Notes: a model not told the origin generated them from the letters alone. Positions 20,034-30,103 are shown, numbered from the stretch's first letter. The stretch is DNA of 64,000 nucleotides from Candidatus Cloacimonadales bacterium (GCA_963663475.2 CAXXJV010000001.1:1472001-1536000), one strand, 5' to 3'. Numbers and translations are program-made.

Positions 20034-20052
20034 AATATTGAGCTATCATTAA

Positions 20053-20101
20053 AGCCAATAATGCACTATTCAATAAAGTTCTACTACACTATCTGGGCTT
20101 A
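20053..20101. mobile_element. MITE family A, minimal copy
   Basis: ccaataatgca joined to ttcaataaagttctactacactatctgggctta (left and right termini). Confidence 0.7.
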
Positions 20102-20161
20102 TGCACTAGGATAATAATTTATCTTGACTTGGATTTAACTGTTTACTTAAATTATTATATA

Positions 20162-20324
20162 TACCCAAATAATGCATTAGAACTTGAAAAATAGCACTAT
20201 ATTATTTGCAAGGATAAGTTCCATAATCTCAACTGAAATATATATTATTCAGCTTTCGATTCTGTAACTTATTTTGCTGAAAGAATCTGCATTCTCTTCG
20301 TAAGATTAATGCATCTCAGGGATA
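20162..20324. mobile_element. MITE family A, diverged full copy in the histidine-kinase leader
   Basis: tacccaaataatgcattag..atagcactatatt..ttccataat..ttctgtaa..attttgctgaaagaatctgca..gggata, colinear with 59929-60096. Confidence 0.8.
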
Positions 20325-20344
20325 ATTTTAAGGGAAGGAATATT

Positions 20345-21427
20345 ATGAAACTAAACAGAGACTGGGCCATTTCACTTATACCTCACTTTATCGGGTTAAT
20401 TTTTATAGCGATGATACCAATGTTTATTTTTGATGCTTCTGATATCAAAATTAAATTTTGGACTTATAGATTCTATTATCAATTGTTCTTCTTTATTATT
20501 GCTTTTTATGGTAATTACTTATTGATTGTTCCATGGTTTTTCTTTTCAAAGAAAAGAATTAGATTTTTTTTAGCTTTATTATTGTTCTCGTTTGGCTTGC
20601 TTAGTGTTTCACAAATTGTTTCCAAGAAAATGAACTTTTATAACCGTCCTGTGAGAATTGAAAGAGATTCCAGACTTCCTCAAAGTGAAGAAAGAACTAA
20701 TAATTTTTTAGGACTTCATCCTAGGGCTCTTGATGATACCTTCTTTTTGATACTAGTTTTTGGATTTAGTACTGGAATGAGTATCTTGCAAAAAAAGAGA
20801 AAAGATGATCAAGACAGAGAAAAATTAGAAAAAACAAATATAGAAAATGAGCTAGTGATTTTAAAGAATCAAATTAATCCTCATTTTTTTTTCAACTCTT
20901 TGAATAATATTTATGCTTTAATTGATATTGATGGAGAACGAGCTCAAAAATCTATAGAAACACTATCAATATTAATGCGTTATATAATTTATGAATCAAA
21001 TAGTGAAAGAGTAGATATAAAAAAAGAATTTGATTTCTCTAGAAGTTATATTGCCTTAATGAAGCAACGACTTACTTCCAAAGTTAAGCTAACTGTAGAT
21101 ATTAGTGAAGAATTTCCAGATGCTCAAATTCCTCCCCTCTTGTTTATTGCTTTTATAGAAAATTCTTTTAAACATGGTGTTAGTTACAGAGACTCGTCTT
21201 TTATAGATATAAAGCTAAACATAATTGGTAGAACTATAGTCTTCCATTGTATAAATAGTATTCCTACTTCTAATGATAGTCAAAAAACTAAGCAGGGTGG
21301 ATTTGGAATAGCAAATATTAAGAAAAGGCTAGGAATTCTCTACGGAGCTAGAGCTCAATTGACCCTTAATAATAGTGATAACAAATTTGAAGTTAAACTT
21401 AAAATCCCAATTGAGGAAATCTCATGA
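20345..21427 (+). CDS. LytS/YehU-type sensor histidine kinase
   Basis: N-terminal TMs; LKNQINPHFFFNSLNNIY H-box, FIENSFKHG, GGFGIANIKKRL; ATG 20345 with RBS. Confidence 0.92.
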   Translation: MKLNRDWAISLIPHFIGLIFIAMIPMFIFDASDIKIKFWTYRFYYQLFFFIIAFYGNYLLIVPWFFFSKKRIRFFLALLLFSFGLLSVSQIVSKKMNFYNRPVRIERDSRLPQSEERTNNFLGLHPRALDDTFFLILVFGFSTGMSILQKKRKDDQDREKLEKTNIENELVILKNQINPHFFFNSLNNIYALIDIDGERAQKSIETLSILMRYIIYESNSERVDIKKEFDFSRSYIALMKQRLTSKVKLTVDISEEFPDAQIPPLLFIAFIENSFKHGVSYRDSSFIDIKLNIIGRTIVFHCINSIPTSNDSQKTKQGGFGIANIKKRLGILYGARAQLTLNNSDNKFEVKLKIPIEEIS

Positions 21428-22167
21428 ATACTTTAAATAAAATAACTTGCATTGCAATTGATGATGAGCCCCTAGCCTTAGGGTTGATTGTCAGCTACAT
21501 TATTAAAACTCCTATCCTAGAACTTAAAGGACAATTTGATAATCCTATTGATGCTATGGAATTTATCGAACATAATCCTGTGCAATTGCTTTTCTTAGAT
21601 ATTCAGATGCCCGACTTCACAGGAATAAACTTTGCTAAAGTTTTGGAATCTTCTGTCAAAGTAATCTTTACTACTGCCTATGAAAAGTTCGCTGTGGATG
21701 GATTTAAGGTTGATGCTCTTGATTATCTTCTAAAACCAATTTCTTATGATGTCTTCTTAAAATCTGCTAACCGAGCTAAGCAATACTTTCATCTATTAAA
21801 TGGTAGTCAGGACAATCTAGAAGACTCTCATCTAAGATCAAACAATGACTTTCTCTTTGTAAAAGCAGACTCTCAACTAAAACGTATTGAATATAAGAAT
21901 ATTCTCTATTTCGAAGGACTTAAAGATTATATTAAACTCTATTTAAATAATTCAAAGAGCCCTATAGTCTTCCATGCTACTTTAAAAGCTGTTGAAGAAA
22001 AATTACCTACTGGCAATTTTATGAGGACCCATAGATCTTATATAGTTAATCTCGAAAATATTAGAACTATTGAACGTTATCGGATTATCTTTGGCGATAA
22101 GTTTATTCCTATAAGTGAGAAATATAAAGATGCTTTTGATGTATTTGTAAAAAAGAAATTTCTTTAA
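21424..22167 (+). CDS. LytTR-family response regulator
   Basis: IDDEPLA, FLDIQMP, DYLLKP receiver; GLKDYIK and FMRTHRSYIVN LytTR domain. Confidence 0.95.
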   Translation: MNTLNKITCIAIDDEPLALGLIVSYIIKTPILELKGQFDNPIDAMEFIEHNPVQLLFLDIQMPDFTGINFAKVLESSVKVIFTTAYEKFAVDGFKVDALDYLLKPISYDVFLKSANRAKQYFHLLNGSQDNLEDSHLRSNNDFLFVKADSQLKRIEYKNILYFEGLKDYIKLYLNNSKSPIVFHATLKAVEEKLPTGNFMRTHRSYIVNLENIRTIERYRIIFGDKFIPISEKYKDAFDVFVKKKFL

Positions 22168-22179
22168 CATATTACTTTG

Positions 22180-22346
22180 AATCCAATAATGCAGTTGACC
22201 TTTGGGCATAGTACTACATAATTTCTCCGAATATATTTATTACATGCTTACTTTATGAAATCATCCCCTTTATCTCATTAAAGAAGGAGATTTTGCTAGA
22301 ATAATCTGTACTCTTCAATAAAGTTCTACTAGGCTGTCTGGGATTA
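22180..22346. mobile_element. MITE family A copy (partly deleted left arm, alternative interior)
   Basis: aatccaataatgcagttgacctttg..cataatttctccgaatatat..[interior]..attttgctagaataatctgtactcttcaataaagttctact..tctgggatta. Confidence 0.85.
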
Positions 22347-22432
22347 ACAATATAAGTCAGAATTTCCATAAGTTAGAAATTACTCCAAAGTTGGAACAAA
22401 AATTGAATAAGAAAAAGTGAATAAAATATTAT

Positions 22433-22621
22433 TAACCCAAAAAATGCAGTAGGTCTTTGAGAATAGCACTATATTCTTTTGCAAAAGTAACTTACATAAT
22501 TCTTCCGAATATATATTATATGGGTTGTATGGATGCACCCCATGTGTCCCCCTCAAAGAAGGGGATTTTGCTAAAAGAATCTGCACTCTTCTCTGAAGCT
22601 CTACTGCACCATTTGGGATTA
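22433..22621. mobile_element. MITE family A full copy, ending 15 bp before the sugar-ABC start codon
   Basis: TA-acccaaaaaatgcagtaggtctttgagaatagcactatattcttttgcaaaa ... ttttgctaaaagaatctgcactcttctctgaagctctactgcaccatttgggat-TA; long imperfect TIRs. Confidence 0.88.
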
Positions 22622-22636
22622 ACAAAATGAGGTGCA

Positions 22637-25099
22637 ATGAAGTATTTAAAGCCTATAATTTTTATCATTTGTTTATTAAATATTGTTTCTTTACTGTTTG
22701 GAGATATTGCAAAAAAACAAGATCCTATTGTTTTAAAAGTATTTGAGTTACCTGATCCACGTAAAACAGATGCTTATACCAAATCTAATATAGCTGTTAT
22801 TGAGGCTTTTAAAGAAAAATACCCCTATATTGAGTTGCGTTCTTTTTCTGGGATTCAAATTGAGGGTATGGATTTAGATTCAGGTCCTTTAATGGCAATT
22901 GCTGGAGGGGTAGCTCCAGACATTATGTATGTAAACTTCAGACAAAGTGATACTTATATTCAAAACAATTTCTTATATCCCTTAGATGAATTTATTGAGA
23001 AAGAAGATCCTGAGTTATTAGATTTAAGGGTTGAAAAACCAGTTTGGCAGGTTATTCAGAGAAAGAAGAAAGGTGATAATAAAGAAAAAGTCTGGATGTT
23101 ACCTTATGAAACTTTAGTCAGAATTTTGATGTACCGTAAGGATGTTTTCAAAAGGGCAGGATTAGATCCCAAACAAGCACCCAAGAATTGGCAAGAATTC
23201 AAGGAATATGCCAAGATTCTTAGTGATCCTGCTAATGGTAACTATGGTATAATCTTATCTAGTGGTCCTCAGGCTGCTTATGATTGGCTACCTTTCTTAT
23301 GGGCTGCTGGTGGTGATGCAGTTGAGTATGATGAAGGTAAAGAAGTCTGGCAAGCTAGCTTTGCTAGTCAAGCTGGTCTTACTGCTATGGAGTTTTATCT
23401 TGATCTAACTACTGAAGAGTGGATTGACAGCAATGGCAATAAACAGTATGGTTATGCAATTCGAGAGGGTGATTGGGGTTATATGTGGAAAGATGGTAAG
23501 ATTGGTATGCGGATGGACTATCTTTCTCAGCAGAATATGGCTGGTGAATATGATCCTAATCTCTATGGTTTTGCTCCAAGTCCTGCAGGTCCTTCTGGTA
23601 AGGGAGGAAGTGAAATAAACTGTCGAATGATGGGTATCTTCTCTGAAGCAGGAATTAGTAACAATGCTGGTTTAGGTGATAGAGACCCTGAGAGAGTGAG
23701 AGATGCTGCTTGGAAATATATAAAGTTTTATGATAGTGAAGAAGCTAGAAAGATACGCTTAAAGGTCATGATTGAAAATGGCTATGGCAAGATGCAGAAT
23801 CCAGTATTTCTTAAAAGATATGGTTATGAAGAGTATTTGAAATATGCTCCAGAGGGCTGGCTGGAAACTTTTCAGACTGCTATGCGAGAAGGGAAGCCTG
23901 AACCTTATGGAGATAACTGTCAAAAGGTTTATGAATTTATGACATATCCCTTAGATGAATTGATAAAACTAGACTTAAAAGGCAATTTAGGGAGTAATCA
24001 AGCAGGTAGATCTTCTAAGATTATGTCTGTTTTACAAGCGGCCCAGGAGAGAACAAACCAAGAAATGATAGGTTCTCTTCCTGAAGATGTAAAGATAAAG
24101 CGAGAAAGAATAGCAGGCGTAATTGCTACTTTTATCTTGCTGATTTTTGCCTTCACCCTGTGGAAAGTCTGGAAGATCTTAAGTCCTGAGACCAAGGTTA
24201 AAGGAAAGAAAAACAATAAATACTTATTTTACATTATTATTCTCTTAGCACCAGCAGTTTTGAGTATTCTGCTGTGGAAGTATATTCCTATGATCACAGG
24301 TTCTTTGATGGCAGTTCAAGATTTTAAACTTGTAGGGGATAGTCCTTTTATTGGTTTCGGTAACCTAGCAGAAGTCCTGTTTGATTCAACCTGGTGGGCA
24401 TCAGTGGGGCGAACTCTATATTTTATGGCTTTAAGTTTAGGCTTAGGCTTTTTCCCGCCTATTATCTTAGCTATTCTTCTCCAGGAAGTATCTCGTGGTA
24501 AATTAATCTATCGAATTATCTACTATCTGCCTGCAGTTATTTCAGGAGTAATAGTTATTTATTTGTGGAAATTATTATATTCACCTGGTGATAATGGTGT
24601 TCTTAATCAGCTTTTAATGGCGGTTGGCTTACCAAAGAGTATGTGGATTAGGGATGAATCATTAGCTATGTTATGTGTAGTTTTACCAGGTATTTGGGCT
24701 GGAATGGGACCAGGTTCTCTGATCTATTTAGCAGCCTTAAAAAATATACCCAACGATATGTATGAAGCTGCTGATATTGATGGTGCTGGCTTTTTTGCTA
24801 AGGTAAGACATATTGTTTTACCAAGTTTAAAAGGACTTATCATCATCCAATTTATCGCTGCTTTTATTGTAGCAGCCCAGTCAAGTGACTTTATTTTAAT
24901 TATGACTTTTGGTGGACCTAATGAAGCTACTCGGGTAGCTGATTTACTTATTTTTGAAAAAGCTTATCTATATTTAAAGTTTGGTTTAGCAACAACCATG
25001 GCTTGGATGCTATCTTTACTTATGATGGGCTTTACCATTCTGCAAATTAAATATATCTCTAAGATGGAATTCAGAACAGGAAAGGGAGGAGAAAAATGA
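22637..25099 (+). CDS. Carbohydrate ABC transporter: solute-binding domain fused to a MalF-type permease
   Basis: Signal peptide, family-1 SBP domain (IAGGVAPDIMY, PKNWQEF), then TM helices with FIGFGNL, YYLPAVISG and EAA loop MYEAADIDGA. Confidence 0.88.
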   Translation: MKYLKPIIFIICLLNIVSLLFGDIAKKQDPIVLKVFELPDPRKTDAYTKSNIAVIEAFKEKYPYIELRSFSGIQIEGMDLDSGPLMAIAGGVAPDIMYVNFRQSDTYIQNNFLYPLDEFIEKEDPELLDLRVEKPVWQVIQRKKKGDNKEKVWMLPYETLVRILMYRKDVFKRAGLDPKQAPKNWQEFKEYAKILSDPANGNYGIILSSGPQAAYDWLPFLWAAGGDAVEYDEGKEVWQASFASQAGLTAMEFYLDLTTEEWIDSNGNKQYGYAIREGDWGYMWKDGKIGMRMDYLSQQNMAGEYDPNLYGFAPSPAGPSGKGGSEINCRMMGIFSEAGISNNAGLGDRDPERVRDAAWKYIKFYDSEEARKIRLKVMIENGYGKMQNPVFLKRYGYEEYLKYAPEGWLETFQTAMREGKPEPYGDNCQKVYEFMTYPLDELIKLDLKGNLGSNQAGRSSKIMSVLQAAQERTNQEMIGSLPEDVKIKRERIAGVIATFILLIFAFTLWKVWKILSPETKVKGKKNNKYLFYIIILLAPAVLSILLWKYIPMITGSLMAVQDFKLVGDSPFIGFGNLAEVLFDSTWWASVGRTLYFMALSLGLGFFPPIILAILLQEVSRGKLIYRIIYYLPAVISGVIVIYLWKLLYSPGDNGVLNQLLMAVGLPKSMWIRDESLAMLCVVLPGIWAGMGPGSLIYLAALKNIPNDMYEAADIDGAGFFAKVRHIVLPSLKGLIIIQFIAAFIVAAQSSDFILIMTFGGPNEATRVADLLIFEKAYLYLKFGLATTMAWMLSLLMMGFTILQIKYISKMEFRTGKGGEK

Positions 25100-26964
25100 G
25101 TATAATTGGTAAAGTTGGTAGAAATTCAAAGCGGACAAGACTTCTAAACTTTTCTATTCATTTTGTTCTCATCTTAGGTGCAATTACAATGATCTATCCT
25201 TTCTTGCTAATGATATCCTTCTCTTTTAAAAGTAACGTTGATTCCTCATCTCTAGACCTTATTCCTGCCTTTGTCTATCAAGATGAAGCTCTTTATCAGA
25301 AGTATATTGAAAGTAGATACAATGAAGAGTCTTCTAGGCTAATGGACAATTATCCTGGCTCTTGGATTTCTTTTTCTGAAGTAACCTTACCAGATAATCC
25401 TAATGAAAAAATTTACCAAGAATGGCTTGATTTTCTCCAAACAAACCAAGTAAATCCCTATGAATATTATGTAGCAGAACACTATGGAAGAGGTATTTAT
25501 CCTTACGCCCAAAGGATATTTAGGAAAGAACTCAGAAAAGAAAATAATAATTCCTTAATCGAGTTTAATAAAAAGTATCATACAGGAGCTCAATCTTGGG
25601 AAGAGATAGTGGTTGAAGAGAAAGATATCTATCGGAGAAATTTTGTTTCTTCTACTCAAGGTTATTTAGGAAGATTTAGAAAATTCAAAGTTAATACCCC
25701 TCAGTGGATGAGATATTATGTAAATCCTGAAGGGACTTTCATTAATACAGAGCTTATTCCTAAATATGGCGATGATATTGCTGATTTTAACCAAGCAAAC
25801 TCAACAAATTATCAAGCTTGGTCTGATATTAAAATACCTTCCCAAGTACCTGAAATTGGTAACCCCCTCAGGGATGAATGGATCCACTATACTAAAAAAG
25901 TTATTAATATTAGACATCTCCAAATAAAAGCTGAAGCTCAAAGTGATTTTCAAGCTATGCTTAAAGATAAGTATGATAATATTGCGACTCTTAACAAGAC
26001 TTGGAAAAGTAACTTTAAAGATTTTTCAGTAATCACTATCCCAGACCCTCTACCTGATTCTGGTGCTTTAGTTGAAGATCTTGCTCATTTTATTCAAAAT
26101 ATTGCCCTAGCTGAAGATATTTTTTTAAGATCTATAACAGAGGATTTTCGTTCTCATTTACGAGAAAAATACAAGAGTATAAGTAATCTAAATAATAGTC
26201 TTAATACAAATTATGAAACTTTTGGTGCTATTACATTTCCAATCAATGAGATAGATTACTTTACTTTTTCAGATAGAAAAGCAGAAATTAAAAAAGAATT
26301 TCTTTGGAGAAATTATGCAATGGCCTTAGACCAAATGCTATCTGATACAGGTTCCTTGCAAAATACTGGAATCTATGTCTTGCTATCTATTTTTCTTGCA
26401 ATAACCGTAAATCCATTAGCCGCTTATGCTTTAAGTAGATTTAAACCTCGCTTTTCTTATCAAATTATTCTTCTCTTCATGCTTACTATGGCTTTCCCAG
26501 CTATGGTTATGGGTATTCCTAACTTTCTAATGCTAAAAAATTTGAGTCTGTTAAACACCTTCTGGGCCCTAGTTTTACCTGCTGCTGCCGATGGCTACTT
26601 TATATTCCTTCTTAAAGGTTTCTTTGATAGCCTACCAAGAGAATTATATGAATCTGCCAGTCTAGATGGAGCTGGAGAATTTAGACTCTTCTGGCAGTTT
26701 ACTCTTTATTTGAGCAAACCTATTCTAGCTGTTATTGCCTTAGGTGCTTTTAATGCTGCTTACCGAAACTTTCTCTTTGCTTTCTTAGTCTGCCAAGACC
26801 AATCTATGTGGACTCTTATGGTCCATATTTATGAGTTGATGCAAAGAGCTTCTTCTGGTGTTGGTTATGCTGCCTTAGTGATTGCTGCTATGCCAACATT
26901 AGGAGTATTTATTTTCTTCCAAAGAATTATTATTGAAGGTATTGTCATACCTATGGAGAAATAG
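25096..26964 (+). CDS. MalG-type carbohydrate ABC permease with a large repeat-containing periplasmic insert
   Basis: N-terminal TM (MIYPFLLM), ~350-aa soluble insert, then WRNY..AAYALSRF..LYESASLDGA..FFQRIIIEGI. Confidence 0.85.
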   Translation: MSIIGKVGRNSKRTRLLNFSIHFVLILGAITMIYPFLLMISFSFKSNVDSSSLDLIPAFVYQDEALYQKYIESRYNEESSRLMDNYPGSWISFSEVTLPDNPNEKIYQEWLDFLQTNQVNPYEYYVAEHYGRGIYPYAQRIFRKELRKENNNSLIEFNKKYHTGAQSWEEIVVEEKDIYRRNFVSSTQGYLGRFRKFKVNTPQWMRYYVNPEGTFINTELIPKYGDDIADFNQANSTNYQAWSDIKIPSQVPEIGNPLRDEWIHYTKKVINIRHLQIKAEAQSDFQAMLKDKYDNIATLNKTWKSNFKDFSVITIPDPLPDSGALVEDLAHFIQNIALAEDIFLRSITEDFRSHLREKYKSISNLNNSLNTNYETFGAITFPINEIDYFTFSDRKAEIKKEFLWRNYAMALDQMLSDTGSLQNTGIYVLLSIFLAITVNPLAAYALSRFKPRFSYQIILLFMLTMAFPAMVMGIPNFLMLKNLSLLNTFWALVLPAAADGYFIFLLKGFFDSLPRELYESASLDGAGEFRLFWQFTLYLSKPILAVIALGAFNAAYRNFLFAFLVCQDQSMWTLMVHIYELMQRASSGVGYAALVIAAMPTLGVFIFFQRIIIEGIVIPMEK

Positions 26965-27063
26965 TCATACTGGCAACGTCTGCGTCTTTGCAGGCAACAA
27001 TCAAAGGTGATTGCTTATAAAGATACTTACAAACAAAGAAATAAAATAATAAAGGAATAGATT

Positions 27064-30000
27064 ATGGTCAATGAAAAGATTTATAAAGAGAGAATCCAAC
27101 ATTGGATAAAAAGAGTTGGAGATGCTGTGTATAGTCAGCCTCAGAAATTAAAAGCTCAATACATTTATAATCCCAAAGAACCAATTGCATATGATAAAAT
27201 AAATGAATATTCATGGAAAGAAATCAAAGTTGGAGATAAATGGGCAGATTTATGGGGATGTGGATGGTTTAAGTTTACTGGGAAAGTTCCTTCCATAATG
27301 AAGGGGGCTTATGTGGGTGCTTGGCTTGATGTTGATGGAGAAGCTTGTCTTTTTAAAAATGGTATTCCTTACCAAGGTCTGACTAATAAAATAGACTGGA
27401 ATTTGCAAGCAGGAAAGTATTTTGTTCCTCTTTTCCCAAACTCTCAAGGTAATGAAGAGATTGATTTATTAGTAGAAACTGGGGCTAATGGACTATTTGG
27501 GGAAGATAAGAAAGAGTATAAACTCCAGCGAGCTGATATTGTTGTCTTTGACCCACAGGCTTTTAACCTATGGATGGATATAAGAACTTTATTCTCTCTT
27601 TGGCAAGGCTTACTTGATAATAGCCCACGGAGGAAGAGGATTCTCTTTGGATTAAATCAAGCTTGTAATATTTGGGATGATGGTCGAAATAAGGATAAAT
27701 GTCTTAAAATCACTAAAGAATTACTTGCCTTGCCTGCTAATGCTTCAGCTTTAACAGCTTGGTCCATAGGTCATGCCCATATAGATGTAGCTTGGCTATG
27801 GCCAATTAGAGAAACTAGAAGGAAATGTGGTAGAACTTTCTCAACAGCTCTAAGATTCTTGGATGAATACCCTGAATATATCTTTGGTGCTTCCCAAGCT
27901 CAGTTATATCAATATGTTAAGGAAGACTATCCTCAATTATACCAAGAAATTAAAAACAAAGTTAAAGAAGGTAAATGGGAGTGTCAAGGAGGAACTTGGG
28001 TAGAAATGGACACTAATATCCCATCTGGAGAGTCCCTCATTAGGCAGTGCATTTATGGTAGAAGCTTCTTTGCAGAAGAATTTTCTAAAGTTATTGATTA
28101 CTTATGGTTACCAGATTGTTTTGGCTATACTGCTTCTCTACCTCAAATTCTCAAAAAATGTAAAGTTGATACTTTCATCTCTCAGAAATTATCCTGGAAT
28201 GATACTAATACTTTCCCTCACCATACCTATAGGTGGCAAGGTATAGACGGCTCAGAAGTCTTGTGTCACTTCTTACCAACTAACGATTATAACTTCAGTA
28301 ATTTACCACAAAGCTTTATTGAAAGTGAAAGGAGATTTGCCCAAGCAGATATTTCAGATGATTTCTTAAATCTCTATGGGATTGGAGATGGGGGAGGGGG
28401 ACCTTCTAAAGAACATATTGAGCTAGGACTAAGACAGCAGAATTTAGAGGGAAGTCCTAAGGTTAAATTTGCCCAAGCAAAGGACTTTATTAAGGAGATT
28501 AGGAAACTTGATAAAGAAAGCTTACCAGTTTGGTATGGAGAACTATATTTCGAATTACATCGTGGAACTTATACCACCCAATCTTTGATGAAAAAGTATA
28601 ACAGAAAGCTAGAACAAAAGATGCAAATGGTTGAATTTTTGAGTGTATTAGTTGGGCAGAATACTAATAGCTATTTACAAGGAATTTGGAAAGATATCCT
28701 GCTTAATCAATTCCATGATATTATCCCTGGCTCTTCTATTGGTTGGGTCTATGAAGATGCCCATGCTTTATCTCAAAAGAATTTAGACAAACTTGATTTA
28801 GTAGAGCAAAACTTGACATCACAGATCTTAAGAATCCAGACTTCTGTAAATCATCTCCTTATCTTCAATAGTCTTAGTCATGCTAGAAAAGAAGTAATTG
28901 AATTTGCTTGTCCCAAGGCCTATAAAGTCTTTGCAGATGACAAGCTAATAGAATCCCAACATCAGAATGGAAAAATATTTTTCCAAGCTACTATTCCACC
29001 TCTTGGTTATCAAGTTTTTACACTTCAAGAAACTGAGGATAATAATCTTCTTCTTTTACCAAAAAATGATAAGCTGGAAAATTCACTTTTGAGAGTCGAA
29101 TTTGATGATAAAGGAGCCATAATATCTATTTGGGATAAGCAAGAGGAGAAAGAGTGGTTAAAGTCTCCTGCAAATGCCCTTAAGTTATGGGAAGATTTGC
29201 CAAATAACTGGGGTGCTTGGGATATTAATCACTTCTATAGGGAAACTAAAGCCCAAGAAGCAAGTCTTTTAGAACGTAAGATGATAACTGATAACAAGTT
29301 TAAACAAACTATTTATCAAAGACTAAGTATTGGAAATTCTGAGATAAAACAGCTTATTTCCTTATCTAAAGATTCTACTTTAATTGAGATTGAAAACTGG
29401 GTTGATTGGAATGAAAAACATAAAATGTTACGAGTAGCTGCAAGTCCAAATTTAAATATGCCTATTGTAAAGTCAGAAATTCAATTCGGTCTAGTTGAAA
29501 GGCCAACTCACAAGAACACATCTTGGGATTGGGCAAAATTTGAAGTGTTAGCCCACACATTTATTGATATGTCTGATAATAAACATGGCTTCGCTATCCT
29601 TAATGATTGTAAGTATGGTCACTCTGTACAAGATAATAGTATGGAGATTAATCTCTTGAGAAGTCCTGCAGATGTTCATAAAGAAGCTGACTTAGGACAG
29701 CATACTTTCACCTTTGCTTACTACCCTCATAATAATAGCTTAGCTGATAGTGATGTGATTCAACAAGCTCATTCTCTGAATCAAAAACTCTACCTCTTAG
29801 AAACTGATGTAATTCCTCAGGCTAGTCAAAAATCTCTTTTTAAAATAGATAATCAAGCTCTTATTGCTCAGACCGTTAAGTACTCGGAATCAGGTAATGA
29901 TATTATTGTAAGATGCTATGAAGCTCAAGGCTCAAGTCAAAAGTGCAAACTTGAATTAAACGATAACTATTCTTCAGCCTATCTATGTAATATGCTAGAA

Positions 30001-30099
30001 GATGAGGAAGAGAAATTAAGTATTGAGAATAAATCACTCAAACTTTCTTTTACTCCTTTTGAAATTAAGACTATCAAACTTATCAAAAACGAGGATTAA
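27064..30099 (+). CDS. GH38 alpha-mannosidase (cytoplasmic)
   Basis: GHAHIDVAWLWP, nucleophile WLPDCFG, GDGGGGP, ELYFELHRGTYT and QFHDIIPGS motifs; no signal peptide. Confidence 0.95.
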   Translation: MVNEKIYKERIQHWIKRVGDAVYSQPQKLKAQYIYNPKEPIAYDKINEYSWKEIKVGDKWADLWGCGWFKFTGKVPSIMKGAYVGAWLDVDGEACLFKNGIPYQGLTNKIDWNLQAGKYFVPLFPNSQGNEEIDLLVETGANGLFGEDKKEYKLQRADIVVFDPQAFNLWMDIRTLFSLWQGLLDNSPRRKRILFGLNQACNIWDDGRNKDKCLKITKELLALPANASALTAWSIGHAHIDVAWLWPIRETRRKCGRTFSTALRFLDEYPEYIFGASQAQLYQYVKEDYPQLYQEIKNKVKEGKWECQGGTWVEMDTNIPSGESLIRQCIYGRSFFAEEFSKVIDYLWLPDCFGYTASLPQILKKCKVDTFISQKLSWNDTNTFPHHTYRWQGIDGSEVLCHFLPTNDYNFSNLPQSFIESERRFAQADISDDFLNLYGIGDGGGGPSKEHIELGLRQQNLEGSPKVKFAQAKDFIKEIRKLDKESLPVWYGELYFELHRGTYTTQSLMKKYNRKLEQKMQMVEFLSVLVGQNTNSYLQGIWKDILLNQFHDIIPGSSIGWVYEDAHALSQKNLDKLDLVEQNLTSQILRIQTSVNHLLIFNSLSHARKEVIEFACPKAYKVFADDKLIESQHQNGKIFFQATIPPLGYQVFTLQETEDNNLLLLPKNDKLENSLLRVEFDDKGAIISIWDKQEEKEWLKSPANALKLWEDLPNNWGAWDINHFYRETKAQEASLLERKMITDNKFKQTIYQRLSIGNSEIKQLISLSKDSTLIEIENWVDWNEKHKMLRVAASPNLNMPIVKSEIQFGLVERPTHKNTSWDWAKFEVLAHTFIDMSDNKHGFAILNDCKYGHSVQDNSMEINLLRSPADVHKEADLGQHTFTFAYYPHNNSLADSDVIQQAHSLNQKLYLLETDVIPQASQKSLFKIDNQALIAQTVKYSESGNDIIVRCYEAQGSSQKCKLELNDNYSSAYLCNMLEDEEEKLSIENKSLKLSFTPFEIKTIKLIKNED

Positions 30100-30103
30100 T
30101 TAA

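Noticed and set aside
20053-22621. Clustered repeats as a possible CRISPR array or integron attC series
   Set aside because: No regular repeat-spacer period, no cas or intI gene, and no consistent RYYYAAC/GTTRRRY ends; long TIRs with TA flanks fit a MITE better.
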